A stretch of DNA of 64,000 nucleotides from Mobula birostris (GCF_030028105.1 NC_092375.1:145947415-146011414), one strand, 5' to 3'; numbered from the stretch's first letter, positions 13,401 to 27,780 are shown. Translations and numbers: made by a program. Notes: generated by a model from the letters alone, not told the origin.

Positions 13401-15885
13401 GTATAAAGAGTTTAGAAGTGAGTTAATTCCTATTTTACTGCCACACTGAACTGGAACCTAAGAAAGGCGCAAATGCCACCCAGCTGGAAGGAGGCGATAA
13501 TCTCAGCTATACCGAAAGAAGGCAAGGATAAAATGGAATCTAGGTCATTTAGACTGATACCTGTTCTTAATGTGGATTATAGAATATTTACTTCCACCAT
13601 GGCCAAGTGATTAGAAGAGTTTCTACCCACACTGATACATAATGATCAGACAGGTTTTATACAACAACGCCAAACACAATATACGAAGGACACTTCATAT
13701 TATGGAACATATTTAAAAAAATGAAATTGAAGCAATAGTGATAAGCATGGATGCTGAAAAGGCATTTGATTCGGTTAATTGGAATATTCTTTACAGAGTT
13801 TTACATAGATTTGGTCTACGTGACACAATTATTAAAACTATTCAGGCTCTATATGACAATCCTACTGCCAGGATTAAAAGGAATAGATATTTATTTAATA
13901 GTTTTGCCCTAGAAAGGGGCATGAGACAGGGTTGTGCATGGTCACTGCTACTCTTTGCGTTATATCTGGAACCATTAGCTCAATACATCAGACAAAATGA
14001 AGATAACAGGGGAATTACTACTAAAGGGACAGAGCATAAATTGGCCTGTTATGCGGATGACATTTTGATCTATCTAGGGCAACCAACAGACTCTTTAACT
14101 AAATTGATGCAATCCTTTGAACAATATGGCCAATTATCAGGATACAAGATCAACATAGATAAAACCCAACTACTTTCATATAACTATAGCCCACCAAGAG
14201 AAGTTTTAAGTAGATATCCTTGGGCATGGCAAACAGAGTCTGTCAAATATTTGGGCATCACTATGCCAAAAGATTTGTCAAGATTATCAGAATGCAATTA
14301 TCAGCCTATATATATAAAAAAAGATATAACAAGATGGAACCTAATTCCTTTTCTTGGTCTCAGTTTAAGGATTGCATCTATTAAAATGAATATACTGCTC
14401 AGACTACTATGTCTCTTTTAGACCCTACCAATAGAGATTAACCAAAATCAATTCAATGAATGGAACAAAATGCCATCAAGATATATATGGCAAGGTAAAA
14501 GGCCTAGGGTTCATCTCAAAACTTTGCAATTATCCAAGGAAAAGGGGGGATGGGGCCTACCTTCTCTTAGAGATTATTATTTTGCAGCACGGTTGAGAGC
14601 AGTGATATGCTGGTGCAATCCATCATATGACGCACAATGGAAAAACATTGAGGAGAGGATACTCTCCATCCCCATACAGGCAATTTTGGCTGATAACAAC
14701 CTACAAAGTTACATAAATAATATTGACAATCTGTGGGTGAATGAAGTCTTAAAATATGGAAAACTATTATAAAAGAATATAAACTAGAGAGAGACATTGC
14801 AATTCTTAAATGGTGTGCATATGACTCAGATTTTACGCTGAATAAACTGGATGCTAGATTTAAAACACTTACTAGAAAAACAAGACTTTTATCGGTATTT
14901 ACAGATGCAACCGTATGTTAATAGGATGGTTAAAAATGTAACCAAGGCAAATACATGTCTGATAGAGCTATTTAGAAAAGCATATAATTCAGACAACAGT
15001 AGTAGAATAATTTTAAGCGTTTATAAGGGTTTGTCAAATCTTAAAACACACTCGACTTCATACGTTAAAACAAAATGGGAGAAGGAAGGAGGGATAATAA
15101 TATCTGAGGAAGACTGGACAATAATATGGAGGTATCAATGGAAGTGTACCAGTTCACAGAAATGGAGGGAGTTCGGGCGGAAAAACTTGATAAGATATTT
15201 TATTACACCCTCTCAGAAATCCCATTATAATAGTAATCCCCCTGCTTGCTGGAGAAATTGTGGAAATCAAAATGCAAACCATTATCATATTTTCTGGGAA
15301 TGCCCTGTTATCAAAGACTATTGGAGTGGGATACATAATGCCCTACGAGACATCTTTAAATGTGAAATACCCTTAGAGAGTAAGACCATATATTTTGGGT
15401 ATATACTTCAAGAATGGTTGAAAAGAGATAAATATTTAATGAATGTACTGCTGGTGGCTGGTAAAAAGACCCTTACCAGGAAATGTTTATCTCGGGAGAG
15501 CCCAACTTTAAATGTATAGATGGAAATTACAATGGACATTTACAAAATGGAGAAGATAACAGCATCTGTTGAACATAAGTTGGAACAATTTTATTCATAC
15601 TGGAAAAATGGTTTAACTATATAACACCTCATAGGCCTGATCTTATTCTCACAAGTCAATGAATATGCTGTTAAAAAAAATCACTCCCTACTTTGTACAT
15701 AGTTTTCTTCTTTCGATTGTTCTATCTTTCCTCTCCTTTCTATAAGTGTATACCTCAGATAAATATTATGTGGAGATTTGTGACAAATATGTTTATATAA
15801 TATATATGTACAGTATCTGAAACACATTTTATGGAAATGTTTGTTTGATGATGAAATGCAATAAAAAATAAATTACAAAAAAAAA
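10433..15885 (+). mobile_element. Full-length L1-clade LINE, inactivated; ORF1 ~10565-11503, ORF2 from 11960
   Basis: ORF1 has a coiled-coil followed by RQKNIRIYNVSEGAE...EIERAHR. ORF2 has APE (GDLN, SDHAP), RT (DAEKAFD, RQGC, YADD) and a C-terminal CWRNC...HIFWEC. The element ends in AATAAA plus poly(A). A 15-bp TSD, CTATCTATGA(C/T)TCTG, lies at 10418-10432 and 15886-15900. Multiple frameshifts and stops are present. Confidence 0.95.
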
Positions 15886-16314
15886 CTATCTATGATTCTG
15901 TATGAGTCCGCATTGTGAAGGATGCAATTTGAGTCAATTTAGGATGAGAGGGGAAAGAGAGGACTTGAGGAGCACATTTTTCACACAGGCCATGGTGGGT
16001 AAATGGAACAAGGTACCAGAGGAATTTGTAATGGTTGGTACAATTTCAAAGTTTAAAAGGCATTTAGACAGGTGCACGGATTGCAAATATGCACCAATGC
16101 AGGCAAGTGGGACCTGCACTGGTTTACAAATTGGTCAACATGGCTGAGTTGGGTTGAAGGGCCTGTCACTGTGCTGTATAACTCCATGACCCAAATACTC
16201 CTTGGACAGAACCTTCCAAACTCTCAACCTCCACCAGCGAAAAGGACAAGGGCAGAAACAGCATGGAAACACCTCCCTCTGGAAGTTGCCTCCATGCCAC
16301 ACTCACTCGTGAAG

Positions 16315-18810
16315 ATATGAAAATACCAGAAGTTACATTGGATATGCTTAACGTGGTTATAAATACAACCACAACTGGAAAAAATACCAGTAGTGATAAT
16401 ATTCATAAATATTGGTATAAAAATGTACCTGCCTTTATTCGTACCTATTAACGCATGTCAACAATTTTCTTAACATCCTGAAAAAGTGTCCGAATTTTTG
16501 ACAGAAGTTACTACTTACCCCTTACCTAAAGGAGAAATCACACATGATCCATCAAAATATTTTCCTATTACTTGTTGACAAAGTATATACAAATTTGTCA
16601 CATCATGCATCTCACAACTAATTTCCACTCTTAGATAACCACTATATACTTAAAGAAGAGCAGAAAGGATGCCGTAAGGGCATGAAAGGATGCAAAGAAC
16701 AACTGATAATAAATTCTGTAATTCCAAATCAAGCTTGGAGGAAATGCAGAAAACTTCCATGTTGTTATTGAGACTTAAAATATATAAACCATACCCAATA
16801 TTTGTGAAATTCTTTCAACATCTGATCAAGCATTGGTGTACTATCTTTTAACAACCAAAAGATAACTACCACTGTTATCAAAATAATGCGAGGCATTTTC
16901 CAGCTTGACTCTATAAGCCCACTAGGTTTTTGTCCAGCATTAAACCCTTCTCTAATTTACTGAATCTGATGAAAATAATTCAAATCAGAAACAACCGAAT
17001 GAATTGTACCTTGACACACCTATCCATGGACAATTTGAAATTATATACCCCTTCATCAGTAAAGCTAAAGCAAGTAATTCAAAAGGTATAACTATTTTCG
17101 AATGATATAAACATGTACTTTGGACTAATAAGCGCAGAATGTTAAACATAAAGAAAGTTGCAATATTGCTAATAGAATATAAAACAGAGCAGCAGGATAC
17201 AATACAAGTGATGGATAACCATGAAATATGTAAGTATTTGGGACACCAACAAGCAAACAAAACAGAACATTGCAAAATAAAGGGAAAACATTCAGCAGAA
17301 TTTATTTCAAGGCTTAAGAAAATCTTTCAAACAGAGCTCAATAGTAAAATATAACAAGGGTAATAGATACTTTCACTACAGCCATATTGATGTATTGAAT
17401 AAGAACTGAAATGAGAAACTTTAGAAAACACTATTGACCCTTGAAAACACTAAGGAGAGAAAGAGGAAAAGGAATAACTGACATAAAAAGTTTACACAAT
17501 AGTCAGTTAAGACTCCTAAGGATATAGTTTCATCAATGTAAACAGGATCCAACGTTCCATGCGAGTATATGTAATTCTCATAAGTACACACAAATGAACA
17601 TAAATGAAGGAATTATCACTGTAGAAGAAAAAGTTAACCAATGAAACAGCATGACCCTCCATGGAAGACCTCTCCATGATATGAGCAAAGTAGATGTCAA
17701 CAAGGAAGCGTCAAATGCCTGACTCTGAGTTGGAGACTTCTTCCCAGAAACAGAAGGATTCCTTGTGGAAATGCTGGACCAGGTGGTTAACACAAAAATG
17801 ATCAAAAATACATAATAAAAAAACAACAAATTCAAGACAATTAATGCAAAAAATGCCAGGAGAAACCAGAAGCAATCCAACAAATTACAGGATCCTGTAG
17901 CAGTTTAACTCAATCTGATTACTTACACAGGTGCAATCAAAAGGCAAATATAATTCACTGAAATCTTGCGTTAGAGTACAAACTCATAAAAGACACCATA
18001 CCTTGCTATAAATCTGGTCTTATCCAGTTTTAGAGTCAGAGTTTGACAAATTATATGCTGAACAATTTGTGATTAACGCTAGGACAATCTATAGTAACCG
18101 TCCGGATATAATAATACAGGATAAACAAGCTCGAACAACTTGCTTACCAGATGTAGATATTATAAGCACACATAACCTACAGAAATCAATAAGTTTAAAA
18201 CACCAGAAATATACTGAATTAAAAGAGAAAATTGAATGCCTATGGACTATGAATAGGTTATTCATTATCCCATTTGTAATATAGAACATAGAACAGTACA
18301 GCACAGTACAGGCCCTTCAGCCCACAATGTTGTGTCGACCCTTAAACCCTGCATCCCATATAACCCTCCACCTTAAATTCCTCCATATACCTGTCCAGTA
18401 GTCACTTAAATTTCGCTAGTGTGTCTGCTTCCACCACTGACTCAGGCAGTGCATTCCACACACCAACCACTCTCTGAGTAAAAAACCTTCCTCTAATAAC
18501 CCCCTTGAACTTCCCACCCCTTGCCTTAAAGCCATGTCCTCTTGTATTGAGCAGTGGTGCCCTGGGGGAGTGGCGCTGGCTGTCCACTCTATGCATTCCT
18601 CTTAATCTACAATTGGTACATCCCAAAGTCACCACAGAATTGCATTAAACAGTTAGGGATAGATGACAATATCTGTGATTGAAGTTCCAGAAAGTCACAG
18701 TACTAAACACCACTCGAATAGTCCGAAAATTCATAGCAATTAAGAAATGAGTGTGCACAGCAATTCCTGTACCTCAGGTTTTACCAGCGTGAGCAGAAAA
18801 AAGAAAGTAA
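16315..18810 (+). mobile_element. R4/Dong-clade element remnant including the C-terminal restriction-like endonuclease; interrupted by CR1 at ~18280-18608
   Basis: RT motifs as at 445-1371, plus NRPDIIIQDKQ...KY.ELK..IE.LW (18069-18284). Confidence 0.75.
18280..18608 (-). mobile_element. 5'-truncated CR1 3' end
   Basis: Peptide TRGHGFK...GRFFTQRVVGVWNALP and tail ATAGAACATAGAAC. Confidence 0.85.
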
Positions 18811-18829
18811 TATTTACTAAATAAGCAAT

Positions 18830-19930
18830 AAACTTCAAGAACATGAGATGAAGAGTCCTTGAGAGCAAGTCCATAGGTTGTGGAGCAGTACAGAGACGTG
18901 ACAAGTGATGTTATCCTCAGTGGTTCAAGAACCGGATGCTTCAGGATTAATAACTGTTCCTAAACATGGTGGTGTGAATCTTGAGGCTCCTGTACCTTCC
19001 TCTAGAGAACATCAGTACGAAGAGAGCATGACATGGGTGGTGGAAGGTCTCTGATCATGGATGCTGCTTTCCTGTGACAGAGCTCTATGTAAATGTGCTC
19101 ATTGCTGGGGAGGGCTTTACCTGGGATGGACTGGCTCATATCCACTACTTTTTGTACGAGTTTATGTTCAAGGATATTGGTGTTTCCAACCCAGGCCATG
19201 ATGCAACCAGTCAATCTATAGAAATTTGTAAGAGTTTCAGATGTCAAGCTGAATCCTTGCATCAAGTATTGCAGGGGGCCAGGTGCACCTCTGATGATGG
19301 TGATGGTGGAGGAGAATTTGTTGCCAGTCCAAACTGACTGGCAGTAATTGAAACGTTTCATGATGAACATTCAAAACACTTCATCACAGTGGATGAAAGT
19401 GCTACTGGATGATAATCATTGAGGCAAGTTATTATGTTCTTCTTAGGCACTGGTATAACTGGTGGAACACTCTAGCCAGTTCATCAGCACAGGTTTTTAG
19501 TGCTTGGCCAGGTGCCCCATCTGGGCCAGATAATTTCCATGGTCTCAACCTCCTTAAGGATGCTCCCACATTTGCCTCAGACACTGAAATCACAGGGTTG
19601 TCAGGACTTGAGGGATTCATGATTGTTCTTCCATATTTTGATGGCCGAAATGAGTACAGAAGACTTTGAGCTCATCAGGAATTGAAGCCCTGTTGCTTGA
19701 TTTCACTTTGTAAGAAGTGATAGTATTCAAGCACTGCCACAGCAGTTGAGCATCCTTCATTGGTTTGAGTTTAGCCCAGAATTGCCACTTTGCTCGTGAG
19801 ATGGCTTTCCGGAGATTGTACTTGGACCTCTTGTAACTTTCCTGGTTGCCAGACATGAATGTCTCTGATCTGGCCCTCAGCAGATTGCCAGTCTCAGGGA
19901 TTATCCAGTGCTTCTATTTGGGGACATCAC
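18830..19930 (-). mobile_element. Rex1/Babar LINE fragments with internal deletions (homolog ~26410-26960)
   Basis: Peptides [22 protein letters not shown] and LVQKVVDMSQSI.G..LP. Confidence 0.75.
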
Positions 19931-20474
19931 TGAATGATTTTGTAGAGATACACTCGTCTAAGACTGTTTTTCATAAACCACCAGCTTATCAGAGGCAATT
20001 ATTGATTGATTGGCCTTTTTCACATCAGAAAAATGAACTAAAAGGAATGGGATATCACAAGTGTAGTGAGGAAATCTAGAATGTGGAGGTAATTGAAATG
20101 CTGAGTGTATGTGTACAGTTCTTCAATGACAGGAGAGTGGAAGGCTTTGATTGTTCAACGTGTTCAACAAGAGAAGTGGAGCAAACATAATGAATGTCGG
20201 AGGTGGGAAAGCTACAAGGAACCACTGTGAAATGAGGATCAAGGGGGTTATGAAGGGAGAGGCAGCAAAGATTATTGAAGGTGAATCACATTTAACTCAT
20301 CTGGCTGAATTCACTGATGAAAGAGTAGAGGTGGCTGATCAGTGTTGTGTAGCAGAAACTGTACAGATGGAGTTTTAAAAGACATTTGTCAGATTCACAA
20401 GATTACTCCTCAGTTTAGGCAGTTTGTGAAAGTAATTCAAAATTCTACCTGACCTAGGTGAATGGACCTGAATG

Positions 20475-20746
20475 AAATGTAGCTGTGATTGTTCCTGAAC
20501 TATTTGGTTGAAACAATTAAAATGATAAGAAAGCACAACTGAAAGAATCCACGATGCAACAAATGTCTTTCTGTTGTTTTTCTACAACAAAGACTAAAGG
20601 ATTTTGCTACATTTTGCTGATGTTTTATGTTGCATCACCCGAGCAACAAGAAACTGCCTAGTGAGGCCTTTCTACGCTGCATATAAATACCAACTTGTGT
20701 TAGGCAGTGAAACATTCAGCTGGTTACCAGACTCACTGTATTCAAA
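20475..20746 (+). promoter_or_regulatory. Crystallin promoter, copy 2 (TATAAA 20682-20687)
   Basis: Homologous to the copy 1 promoter. Confidence 0.75.
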
Positions 20747-22438
20747 ATGGGAAAGGCAAGGACTACTCAGTAAATGAACTAAATGAGAATTCTTCATGAA
20801 TACCTGAGCAACTATTAACACAGATATGTTTCTTCCCACAGATCATCTTCTACGAGGACAGAAACTTCCATGGTCGGCACTATGAGTGCAGCTCGGACTG
20901 TGCCGACCTCTCGCCTTACTTCAGCCGCTGTAACTCCATCCGTGTCGAGAGTGACTGGTGGGTGGTGTACGAGAGACCCAACTACATGGGATACCAGTAT
21001 GTCCTGAGAAGGGGAGAGTATCCTGACTACCAGCGCTGGATGGGATTCAATGACTGTGTCAAATCCTGTCGCAGTTACCCATATGTAAGTTTTACTGTTT
21101 GGCTCTGAAAATGGAGAATTTGCCCAACAAGTACCTAATATGTATCAAATGTGTCTGAGTGCATTAGTATGCCCGGGTATTTCAATGTAAATGAGGAAAT
21201 AGTGTTGAGTCTCTTAAAGACCATTCAAGTGAATATGTCTACAGGGCCTGATGAAATATACCTCTGGTTATTGAGAGAGGCAAGACATTGGATAACTGGA
21301 ACATTCACTAAAATCTTCACATCTCTTCCAACCATCTGGATTTTTGCATGCAGTTTTGGTCACACCGTTATAGGAATGATATCAAGAGTTTGGAGAGGGT
21401 GCCGAGCAGGCTTTTCAGGATGATGCCCAGTTTAGATAGCATGTGCTATGACAAGAGGTTGGACAAGCCTGAGTTATTTTCTCTGGAGTGGTGGAGGCTA
21501 AGGGAAGGCCTGACAGAGCTTTGTAAGATTATGAGGGGCGTAGATAGAGTAAACAAACGGGATCTTTTTCCCAGGGTTAAAATATCTCATACCAGAGAAC
21601 ATGCATATAAGGTGAGCGGGTGTGAGTTCAAAGAAGACGTGAGTGGCAAGTTTTTACACAGAGAGGGGTGGGTACCTGGAAACCACTGACAGGGGTGGTG
21701 TTAGCAGACACAATAGGGGGATTTAAGAGATGTTTAGTTACACACATGAATGTGAGGGAAGTGAAAGGGTATGGACATTGTTTAAGCAGAAGGGATTAGT
21801 TGAGTTGGCCATTTAATTTAAATAGCCAACTAAATTTAGATTTACTAATTTAGTTGGTTTTGCACAACATTGTAGGCCAAAGGGCTTGTTCCGATGCTCT
21901 ACCTGTTCTCTGTTTATGTTCTAAATGCAGAATTTCTCATATTTTTCCCTGAGTTTTCTTTTACCATATGTTAGAACCAGCAGCAACGCTGGTTGGAGGC
22001 ATCTTTAAGACAAATAATAAGTGAAATGATCAATTTGCATCTGACTTTAACGCCTATTGAAGTCAATGTTCAGTTTATGAATTGATGTTCAGATGTCGTG
22101 TACAATGAGTGAATGATCTCTCAAATATCATGAGTAAAACTGCTTTTTAAAATCTATTCCAGTACCGAGGCGGCACCTACAAAATGAGGATTTACGAAAG
22201 GCCTGACTTTGAGGGGCAGATGATGGAATTCATGGAAGACTGTCCCTCTGTCTATGATCGTTTCTGCTACCGTGACATCCACTCCTGTCAGGTGCTGGAT
22301 GGCTACTGGATCTTCTATGAACATCCCAACTACAGAGGCCGACAGTACTTCCTGAGACCTGGGGAATACAGGAGATACAGTGACTGGGGTGGCTACAATT
22401 CAACTATTGGGTCCTTCAGGCGCATGAGGGACTTCTAA
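20747..22438 (+). CDS. Gamma-crystallin copy 2, intact; exons 20747-20755, 20842-21084, 22163-22438; 175 aa
   Basis: Exon sizes are the same as copy 1 (9/243/276). The frame is open: [22 protein letters not shown]...RSYPY|[16 protein letters not shown]...RRMRDF*. TATAAA is at 20682 and AATAAA at 22489. Confidence 0.95.
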
Positions 22439-23489
22439 AAGTCACTCTTGAAAATCTGATTTTATCTTGTTGAAATATTTATGAAGTTAATAAAATACAT
22501 TTGATGACACGATCAGCTCATTTAATTAATTTACCCTGATTCCACTGAAAATCACTGTAAAACAGTAATTATAATCTGAGGTCCACATTAAATTGTTTTA
22601 CCTGAGTTGGTTCCAGTTAACAGATAACATTGTGATGATTCATCGGAGGCTGAAAAATATAAACTGAATAGGAAGTTGTCCTTCTCCTCTTGTTTTATTA
22701 TGTCCATTGTGTGGCATTGAGCTCCATTTCTAAAATTTATTTCCCATGAATTTAATGAGTACAGATATCTATCTTTATGATTTCCATGATTCTGATGGTT
22801 TTGTGAAATGTCTTCACAAAAGTATTAATAACATAAGTAGAGACATGAGTTAAAAAGCACAGAAAATGGCACTTTTCTAAGCTTCAATGCTTCATTTTAT
22901 TTTTAACGTATGCATGGACAGTACAACTCTGATGTTTGTCTTCTCCAGATAACCATGAAATACACAAAAACCATGGGAGTTTTACATGAAGTAAGTAACC
23001 ACTGTAAAGATAAAGCTTCCCCCAGAGTGAAGGAAACTGCTGTAAGACACTTACAACATGAGATACCTGGATAAGGTGGAGGGTTGCAGTATCCTGCACA
23101 TTGTAGAGGAGTATAAAATTAGAGGGCATAGTTTAGGATGAGAGAGGGCAGAGAAGACCTGAAGAGCTCATGTTTCACACAGAGCATAGTGGGTATGTGG
23201 AACAGTCTATCAGAGGAATTTGTTAATTTCAATGTTTAAATGACATTTAGACAGGTACATGGATTGCAAATATGCATCAATGCAGGCAAGTAGGATTGAT
23301 AAAGGTGAACAAATTGGTCAACATGCCTGAGTTGGGCTGAAAAGCCTGTGCTGTATAACTCCATGACCCAAGTACTCCCTGGAGAGAACCTTCCAAACTC
23401 TCAACCTCCACCAGCGAAAAGGATAAGGGTAGCAACAGCATGGAAACACCTCCACCTGGAAGTTGCCTCCAAGCCAAACTATTTTCACA

Positions 23490-26380
23490 AGATATGAAAA
23501 CACCTGAAGTTAAAATGGATATGTTAGATGCAGTTATAAAAATACCCACAACTGGAAAAGTACCACCAGTGATAATATTCATTATTATTGGTATAAAAAA
23601 TTTACTTGCCTTCATCCATACCTATTAACACATATCAATGGTTTTCTTAAATCTGAAGTTAAAACTTCCCTCTTACGTAAAGGGGAAATCACAAATCACC
23701 CATCAAAATATTGTCCTATTGTTTGTTTACAAACTACATACAAATTCATATGCATCTCAACTAATTGCCACTCACTTAGATAACCACTACACCTTTCAGA
23801 AGAGCAGAAAGGATGCTGTCAGGGTACGAACGGATATAAAGAACAATTGGTAATAGATTCTGTAATTCTAAACCCAGCCTGGAGGAAATTCAGAAATGTT
23901 TCATTTTGTTATCCAGACTACCAAAAAGCATTTGATTCTGTCCTACACTCATGGTTAGTAGAAGTTCTTAATATATACAGCATAAACTACATCCAATATT
24001 TGTGAAAATCCTTCAGCATCTTATGAAGCATTTGGGTACTACGATGACCTTATCTATTAATAACCGAAAAAAATACAACCACTGTATCAAACTAAAGTGA
24101 AGCATTTTCCAGGGTGACTCTGTAAGCCAACTATAGTTTTGTCTAGCTCTAATTTACTGAATTGGGTGAAAATATGGTATCAAATCTGAAACAACCAAAT
24201 GAATTACACCATGATACACCTTCTATACATGCACAGTTTGAAATTATACGCTCCTTCATCAGTAAATCCAAAACAATTAATTCAAATAAAATTAATTCAA
24301 ATAGCAGAACTATTTTCAAAAGATATAAACGTGAACCTCGGACTAGATTAATGCAGCGCATTAAACATAAGGTAAAATGCAATAGAGCTAATAGAATACA
24401 AAACAGAGCAGCAGGATACAATACAACCAATGGATAAATATGAAATACGTAAGTATTTGGGATATCAACAAGCAAAGAGAACAGATCATAGTGAAATAAA
24501 GTGAAACATTCGATAAAATTTACCTCAAGACTTAAGAAAATCCTTTAGAGCTCAATAGTAAAATATAACAAAGACAATGAACACTTTCGCTGCAGCCATA
24601 TTAATGTATTGTTTTGGCATAATATCTTGGTGTAAATCCGATCTGGATAATTTACAAAGAAAAACAAGAACTCAAATAAAACATCTTAGAAAACTCTATG
24701 TGCATCTGAGCGCACTTAGGCTAACACAGCCTAGGACTGAAGGAGGAAGAAGAATATCAGATGTAAAAACTTTACACAACAGATGGAATAAAACTACTAA
24801 GGATATAGTTTCATCAGTGAAAACAGGATTCAGTATTCTATGTGAGCATATGTAATTCTGATAAGAAGTACACACAACTAAACTTAAATGAATGCACAAC
24901 CCAGATAAATTAAGAAATGTGCACTATAGAAGAGAAAGTTATCCATAGGAAGAGCATGATGCTCCATGGAAGACATCCCATGATCTGAGCAGACAAGATG
25001 TCGACAAGGAAGCGACAAATGCCTGGCTCTGCGTTGGAGACCTCTTTGCAGAACTGAAAGGAGTCCTTGTGACAATACAAGACCAGGTAGTTAACACAAA
25101 AAATTAACAAACCTGCATAATAAAAGACTAACAAATTCAAGACAGTAAAAGCAGAAAATGCCAAGAGAAACCTAACAATCGAACATATTACAGGATCCTA
25201 CAGCAATTTAACTCAATCTGATACCTTACACAAGCACAATCAAGTAGCAAACATCATTCACCAAAATATGAAAGACACCATACTTTACTATAAATCAAGT
25301 CTTTTCCAGTTTCGGAGTCAGAGGTTGAAAAAATTATATTCTGACCAATTTGTTGTTACCAGTAGGACAATCCATAATAACATTCCAGATATAATAGTGC
25401 AGGGTAAACAAACTAGAAGAACTGGGAGGGAAGAGAAGATGGCGATGCGATGCAGCACGCGCGGCCGTTCTGAATGAATATCAATTATGTGTAACTAGGG
25501 GGCCGTGCACAATCCGGATTTGATGGAGACAGCTGTGAGAAGCGCAAAGGAACATCTGGAGTAACTTCTGAAATGCCTGTTTCGCTGTCGCTGCTACTGT
25601 GCAGTTGAGAATCTCCGGAGACAAAGGCCCCAAATCCCCGGCTTTGCGTATCACCTGTTGCTGGGGCCGGAGTCGAAGCGCTCGGCAGAGATGGTGCTCG
25701 GTGCTCGGTGTCGGAGAGCTGGTCGGAGGCTCGGAGTTTCCGGACGGACTCGGAGTCAGACTGTGGTCAGATGCTTCCAGGATGCTGCATCGGCAAGTTG
25801 GCGGCGCTGGAGGTTTACCATCTGCGTGAGATGATGGGACTTTCGAGAGACTTTGAGACTTTTACTGTACCATGGTCTGTTCTTATCAAATTACGGTATT
25901 GCTTTGCACTGCTGTAACTATATGTTATAATTATGTGGTTTTTGTCAGTTTGTCATGTGTTTTCATGATATCATTCTGGAAAAACATTGTATCATTTCTT
26001 AATGCATGCATTACTAAATGACAATAAAAGGGGACTGCGTGTCCTCATAATCATAATCATAATCAACTTACTTAGCAGATACAGATATTCCAAATACACA
26101 TAACATACAGAAATCAATAGTGAAGTAAAACAGAAATATGCTGAATTAAAAGAGGAAGTTGAATGCCTATGGATCATCAACAGTTCATACATTATCCCAC
26201 TGGTAATATCTACAATTGGTATCATCGTAAGGTCACCACAGAATTGTATTAAACAACTTGGGCAAGACGGCAATATCTATGATGTTAATACTAAACCACT
26301 AGAATAGTCCGGAAGTTCGCAGCAACTGAGAAATGATAGTGCTTGGAGAGTCCTTGTACTTCAGGTTTTACCAGCTTGAG
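23490..26380 (+). mobile_element. R4/Dong-clade remnant, interrupted by the retroposon at 25424-26064
   Basis: Peptides DYQKAFDSVLHSWL, FQGDS, INTFA..ILMY.FGII.W and LTQPRTEGGR, followed by PD-type endonuclease remnants. Confidence 0.75.
25424..26064 (+). mobile_element. ~650-bp non-autonomous retroposon
   Basis: Starts GGGAGGGAAGAGAAGATGGCG and ends AATAAA...(CATAAT)n. TSD AACT lies at 25420-25423 and 26065-26068. Confidence 0.82.
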
Positions 26381-27504
26381 CTGAGAAAAAAAAAGTAATG
26401 TTTAATAAATAATCAATAAATATCGAGAAAATGAGATGAAGAGTCCTTGAAAGTGAGTCCATAGGTTGTGGAAACAGTTTGGTAGTTGCAGAGCCTGATG
26501 CTTGAGGATTAATACCTGTTTCTAAACCTGGGGGTGTCCGTCCTGAGTCTCCTGTACCTGGGCATCTGGGCCAAATGATGTCCATGCGTTCACTCTCCTG
26601 AGGATGCTCTCATGTTGGCTTCAGAGACCAAACACACAGGGTCATTGGGAATCGTGGGACTTCAGGATGGTTCTTCCTTATTTTGATGGCCAAAGCGAGG
26701 ATACAATTCATTGAGCTCATCTGGAAGTGAAGCCCTGATTTCACTTTGTAAGAAGTGATAGTATTCAAGCACTGCCACAGCTGTTGAGCATCCTTCATTG
26801 GTTTGAGTTTAGCCCAGAATTGCCACTTTGCTCATGGGATGGCTTTCCGGAGATTGCAGTTGGAACTCTTGGAACTTCCTTGGTTGCCAGACATGAATGT
26901 CTCTGATCTGGCCCTCAGCAGAGTTCAGATCAAGTGATTCATCCAGCATTTCCATATGGGGAAATATCTGAATGATTTTGTGGTGACACAATCGTATGAG
27001 ACTGCTTTTATAAACAACCAGCTTATCAGAGGCAATTATTGATAGATCGATCTTTTTGAATTGAAAGGAAGGGATATCACAAGTGTGATGAGGAAATCCA
27101 GAATGTGGAGGCGACTGAAATGCTGAGTGTATGTGTACAGTTCTTCAATGACAGGAGAGTGGAAGGCTTTGACTGTTCAACGCGTTCACCAAGAGAAGTG
27201 GAGCAAACATAATGAATGTCGGAGGTGGGAAAACTACAAAGAACCACAGTGAAGGACAATATTAACTCTCACTTGAAGGATCAAGGGGTTATGATGGGAG
27301 AGGCAGCAGATATTATTAAAGAGAAATCACAACTGAATTGGCTGAAGAAAAAATAGAGGTGACTGATCAGTGTTGTGTAGCAGAAGCTGTATAGATGGAT
27401 TTTCAAAAGATGTTTGTCAGTTTAATGATGTATGGCTTTACTTTTGGCAGTTCGGGAAAGAGAACCAAACTGCTACTCAGACAAAGGTGAATAGACCTGG
27501 GTGA

Positions 27505-27780
27505 TATGTAGCTATGAACGTTCCTGAACTGTTTGGTTTAAACAACAATTAAAATGACAAGAAAGCACAACTGAAAGAATGCACGATGCAACAAATGTCT
27601 TTCTGTTGTTTTTCTACAATAAATGGAAAAAAGGATTTTGCTGCATTTTGCTGATGTTTAATGTTGTGTCATCAGAACAACAAGAAACTGCCTAGTGAGG
27701 CCTTTCTACCCTGCATATAAATACCAACTTGTGTTAGACAGTGAAACATTCAGCTGGTTACCAGACTAACTGTGTTCAAA
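27505..27780 (+). promoter_or_regulatory. Orphan crystallin promoter (TATAAA 27716-27721)
   Basis: Nearly identical to the promoters of intact copies although the gene body is deleted. Confidence 0.7.
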
